From Candidatus Saccharimonadota bacterium (GTDB lineage: Bacteria > Pseudomonadota > Gammaproteobacteria > Enterobacterales > Enterobacteriaceae): a DNA stretch of 32,000 bases. A model generated the notes under the pieces. It was not told the DNA's origin, made no database searches, and saw only the letters and a program-made list of their open reading frames with translations. Each line of letters opens with the position of its first letter. The first letter of the stretch is position 1. Of the stretch, positions 29,436-32,000 are shown in pieces. The position numbers and the translations under genes are program-made. The DNA lies in assembly GCA_000217635.1 (NCBI GenBank), contig CP001817.1, forward strand, positions 30,001 to 62,000. The letters are read 5' to 3'.

Positions 29436-30205
29436 ATAATTTTATTGTTAGTATTTTTTTATCATGTATTAATAGTTATATTATATTAATTATGACGCGA
29501 ATTTTTGCATTTTTTTGTTTTTCTTCTATATTTAACAATAAAAATATTCCCGTGGTAATAAAAATTGTATTTACATATAGTATTGCTATTTTTTTATTTC
29601 CATTACTTTCTTGTAGAAATTCTATTAATTTTAATGTTGATTTTTTATTTTTATTAGTATATCAAATTTTTATAGGTCTAGTACTTGGTTTATCAATTCA
29701 GTGTGTATTTGTATGTGTATATTTAACCGGAGAAATAATTAGTTCTCAAATAGGATTATCGTTTTCTATTTTTTTTGATCTTAACGAATATACTCAATCA
29801 TTAGTAATCTCACGTTTTTTAAATATTTTTCTTTTTTGTTTTTTTTATGCTATAGATGGTCATCTTTGGATAATTAAAATTTTAATTAAAAGTTTTAGAA
29901 AATTTCCTTTAATGCAACCTAATATTAATAAAAATTTATTAATATCTTTGTTATATTTTTCTAATGTTATTTTTTTTAATGGACTTTTATTAAGTTTACC
30001 AATTTTATTTTTTTTATTAATAATTCAAATTATTTTAGCTGTATTAAATAGAATGATGCCTCAAGTATCATTATTTTCTATTTTTTTTCCTGCTATTTTA
30101 ATAGCAGGTATTTTTATTTTAAAAACTTTTGTTATATTTTTATTTCCGGTATTTTTTTCATTTTTTGATTATGTCTTAAAATATCTATTATTACTAATGT
30201 CATAA
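29432..30205 (+). CDS. fliR: flagellar export-gate protein FliR
   Basis: 257-aa polytopic ORF with an ATGA overlap to fliQ. TGEIISSQIGLSF, DGHLWII and LAVLNRMMPQVSLFSI match E. coli FliR (AGEIIGLQMGLSF, NGHLWLI, LGLLNRMAPQLSVFVI). Confidence 0.93.
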   Translation: MNNFIVSIFLSCINSYIILIMTRIFAFFCFSSIFNNKNIPVVIKIVFTYSIAIFLFPLLSCRNSINFNVDFLFLLVYQIFIGLVLGLSIQCVFVCVYLTGEIISSQIGLSFSIFFDLNEYTQSLVISRFLNIFLFCFFYAIDGHLWIIKILIKSFRKFPLMQPNINKNLLISLLYFSNVIFFNGLLLSLPILFFLLIIQIILAVLNRMMPQVSLFSIFFPAILIAGIFILKTFVIFLFPVFFSFFDYVLKYLLLLMS

Positions 30206-30301
30206 AAAAATATTTTTTATGAACATCTTATAAATAATTTATTTTATTTTTATTTAGATTTTTTTTAAAGTATTATTAAAGAGTATAATAAAAAAAAATT
30301 T

Positions 30302-30323
30302 GGGGATCTTTCTATAGATCTCC
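30302..30323. terminator. hairpin between convergent fliR and rpmG (candidate bidirectional terminator)
   Basis: GGGGATCT (30302-30309) pairs with AGATCTCC (30316-30323) with one non-Watson-Crick position and a 6-nt loop. It is flanked by A9 upstream, which reads as a T-run on the minus strand after the hairpin. It is one of the few GC-containing spots in the spacer. Confidence 0.45.
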
Positions 30324-30340
30324 AGAAATATCTATCTTTT

Positions 30341-30508
30341 TTACTTTATTTTTTTTTCGATATACATAATATGTTTTTTCAAAAATGGATCATATTTTTT
30401 TAATTTTAGTTTGTCTGGTTTGTTGCGTTTATTTTTAGTTGTAGTATAGTAATGACCACTATTTCCTGAAGATATTAATTTTATATTAATTCGATTATTT
30501 TTTGCCAT
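30341..30508 (-). CDS. rpmG: 50S ribosomal protein L33 (below the ORF-track size cutoff; found by hand)
   Basis: Minus-strand ATG at 30508. Translation gives [55 protein letters not shown] (55 aa), against E. coli [55 protein letters not shown]. Confidence 0.95.
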   Translation of the reverse strand: MAKNNRINIKLISSGNSGHYYTTTKNKRNKPDKLKLKKYDPFLKKHIMYIEKKIK

Positions 30509-30746
30509 GATTTATCTCTTTTTTTGCATTTATATATTTTTTATATATTTTTTGAATTCCTAGTTTATTAATCATTCGTAATCCTTTTTTTGAAATTCTT
30601 ATTTTAATAAATTTCTTTTCTTGAGGAATCCAAAATCGATGATATTGTAAATTTATAAAAAATTTTCTCTTTGTAGTATTCATAGCATGAGATCTGTGAT
30701 TTCCACGTGTTGTTTTTCTTTTTGTAATTTGACATATTTTTGTCAT
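30495..30746 (-). CDS. rpmB: 50S ribosomal protein L28 (3' end overlaps the rpmG start by 14 nt)
   Basis: 83-aa [62 protein letters not shown] aligns with E. coli [59 protein letters not shown]. Confidence 0.96.
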   Translation of the reverse strand: MTKICQITKRKTTRGNHRSHAMNTTKRKFFINLQYHRFWIPQEKKFIKIRISKKGLRMINKLGIQKIYKKYINAKKEINHGKK

Positions 30747-30839
30747 ATTTACTTAATCCTTGGATAAATAAAGTAATAAATTTATTATCGATATATTATT
30801 AATTATTTATGTTCTAATATTGTTTTAAAAATATTTATT

Positions 30840-31373
30840 TTATTTTTTTTTGTTATTAATATATGCATTTAAAATTTCATTTTTCGCACTTTGAGAATTA
30901 TTCCATCCTTGGATTTTTACCCATTTTTTAGGTTCCAGATTTTTATAATTTTCAAAAAAATAGAGAATTTGTTTTTGTAAAGTAATAGATAAATCTTGAA
31001 TTTCACGAACGTCTTTATATTTTTCTGTTAAAGATTGATGTGGTACTGCAATTATTTTAATATCTTTACCTTTTTCATCTTCCATAGCTAACATGCCGAT
31101 TGGTTTACATCGTATGACCGATTGTGATTGAATAGGGTAAGGAGTTGGAATTAAGATATCTAATGGGTCTCCATCTGATGCTAAAGTATGATTAATAAAA
31201 CCATAATTACATGGATAAAACATTGGGGTAGCAATAAAACGATCTACAAATAGCATATTATAATCTTTATGCAATTCATATTTTACAGGACTAGAATAAG
31301 CTGGAATTTCAATTATTCCATATATATCGTCAGGTATTTTTTTTCCGATTGGAATATTATTAATTTGATTCAT
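30840..31373 (-). CDS. ppa: inorganic pyrophosphatase
   Basis: 177-aa ORF. VIEIPA, FVDRF, MFYPCNYGFINHTLASDGDPLDILIPTPYP and KIIAVPH are collinear with E. coli Ppa. Confidence 0.96.
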   Translation of the reverse strand: MNQINNIPIGKKIPDDIYGIIEIPAYSSPVKYELHKDYNMLFVDRFIATPMFYPCNYGFINHTLASDGDPLDILIPTPYPIQSQSVIRCKPIGMLAMEDEKGKDIKIIAVPHQSLTEKYKDVREIQDLSITLQKQILYFFENYKNLEPKKWVKIQGWNNSQSAKNEILNAYINNKKK

Positions 31374-31685
31374 ATTTTTATTCCTATAAAATAAATCTTT
31401 ATATAATGCATACGAAGTACTTATTATTTTATATCATTTGTTAAATAAATAAATATTCAATTAATTAATATAATTTTATAAAATTTTTTTATAATATTCT
31501 TATAATTAATCATAATTAATATATAGAAAATATAAAGTTGATGTTTTATATTAATTTAAAAACATATATAGTAATATAAATAAGAAGTTTTATTTTTGTA
31601 TTTTCTTTTAAAAAATTGATAAATTATATCATTTTTTTTATAAAAAATATTTTTTTATTGTATATATTTTGAAAGGATAACTGGA

Positions 31686-32000
31686 ATGTTATTGTTTGAC
31701 GAAGTAATAAATTTTAAAAAAAAATTATGTGAAATTTTAAAAAAATCTTTATTTTATTTAAAAAAAAGATGTATACATGGTAGTATTGAATTAAAAAAAT
31801 ATATGGTTGTTGTGTTTCAACAAGATACAAAATAATTGATAAAATTGAATTATATGATAATGTTAGTTGTATTATTACAATATATAATCATGGTAGAAAA
31901 GCTTCAGTTTTATGTAATAATATTATGTTTCCTAGTATTTGTAAAGCTATTGATCAAGCTATTGATATGTCTAAATTTACTGAATTAGATCTTTGCTCTT
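31686..32000 (+). CDS. pmbA: metalloprotease PmbA/TldE, 5' part (runs off the right edge); frameshifted in an A7 tract (31793-31799)
   Basis: AAGGA lies 8 nt upstream of ATG 31686. The first frame stops at 31833-31835. After the A7 tract the -1 frame reads IYGCCVSTRYKIIDKIELYDNVSCIITIYNHGRKASVLCNNIMFPSICKAIDQAIDMSKFTELDLCS, matching E. coli [66 protein letters not shown]. Confidence 0.8.

Overview
The window is extremely AT-rich (by eye about four fifths A+T), gene-dense, and has no mobile DNA, CRISPR array or rRNA. Gene order and protein sequences look like a syntenic slice of a highly reduced gammaproteobacterial insect endosymbiont, most like Buchnera aphidicola. That assignment is an inference, and the lineage cannot be fixed without a database search. 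Gene order: rplL(partial)-rplJ-rplA-rplK-nusG-secE (-); tRNA Thr(GGU)/Gly(UCC)/Tyr(GUA)/Thr(UGU) cluster (-); metF, argG-argH (+); rpoD-dnaG-rpsU (-); tsaD, cca, ligA (+); tRNA Lys(UUU)/Val(UAC) (-); gltX (+); fliE (-); fliF-G-H-I-J and fliM-N-O-P-Q-R (+); rpmG-rpmB and ppa (-); pmbA(partial) (+). Long gene-free AT-only spacers sit where related genomes carry genes. The main hunting result is that at least eight reading-frame breaks in seven conserved genes (metF, tsaD, fliE, fliF, fliG twice, fliJ, pmbA) lie exactly inside A7-A10 tracts, and orthologue-like sequence continues in the shifted frame. dnaG additionally carries a compensated pair of homopolymer shifts that scrambles the conserved EKTPSF zinc-finger motif. 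These breaks are either real frameshifts rescued by polymerase slippage on poly(A), at unusual density and concentrated in the flagellar export cluster, or systematic homopolymer miscalls in the assembly. The sequence alone cannot separate the two. Other notable points: fliM and fliN form one continuous frame with an internal RBS and ATG; fliK and fliL are absent; a small fliO candidate is present; none of the six tRNA genes encodes CCA, while the cca gene in the same window has lost its HD-domain motifs; and only argG-argH of the arginine cluster remain here. I found no novel defence-type or mobile system.
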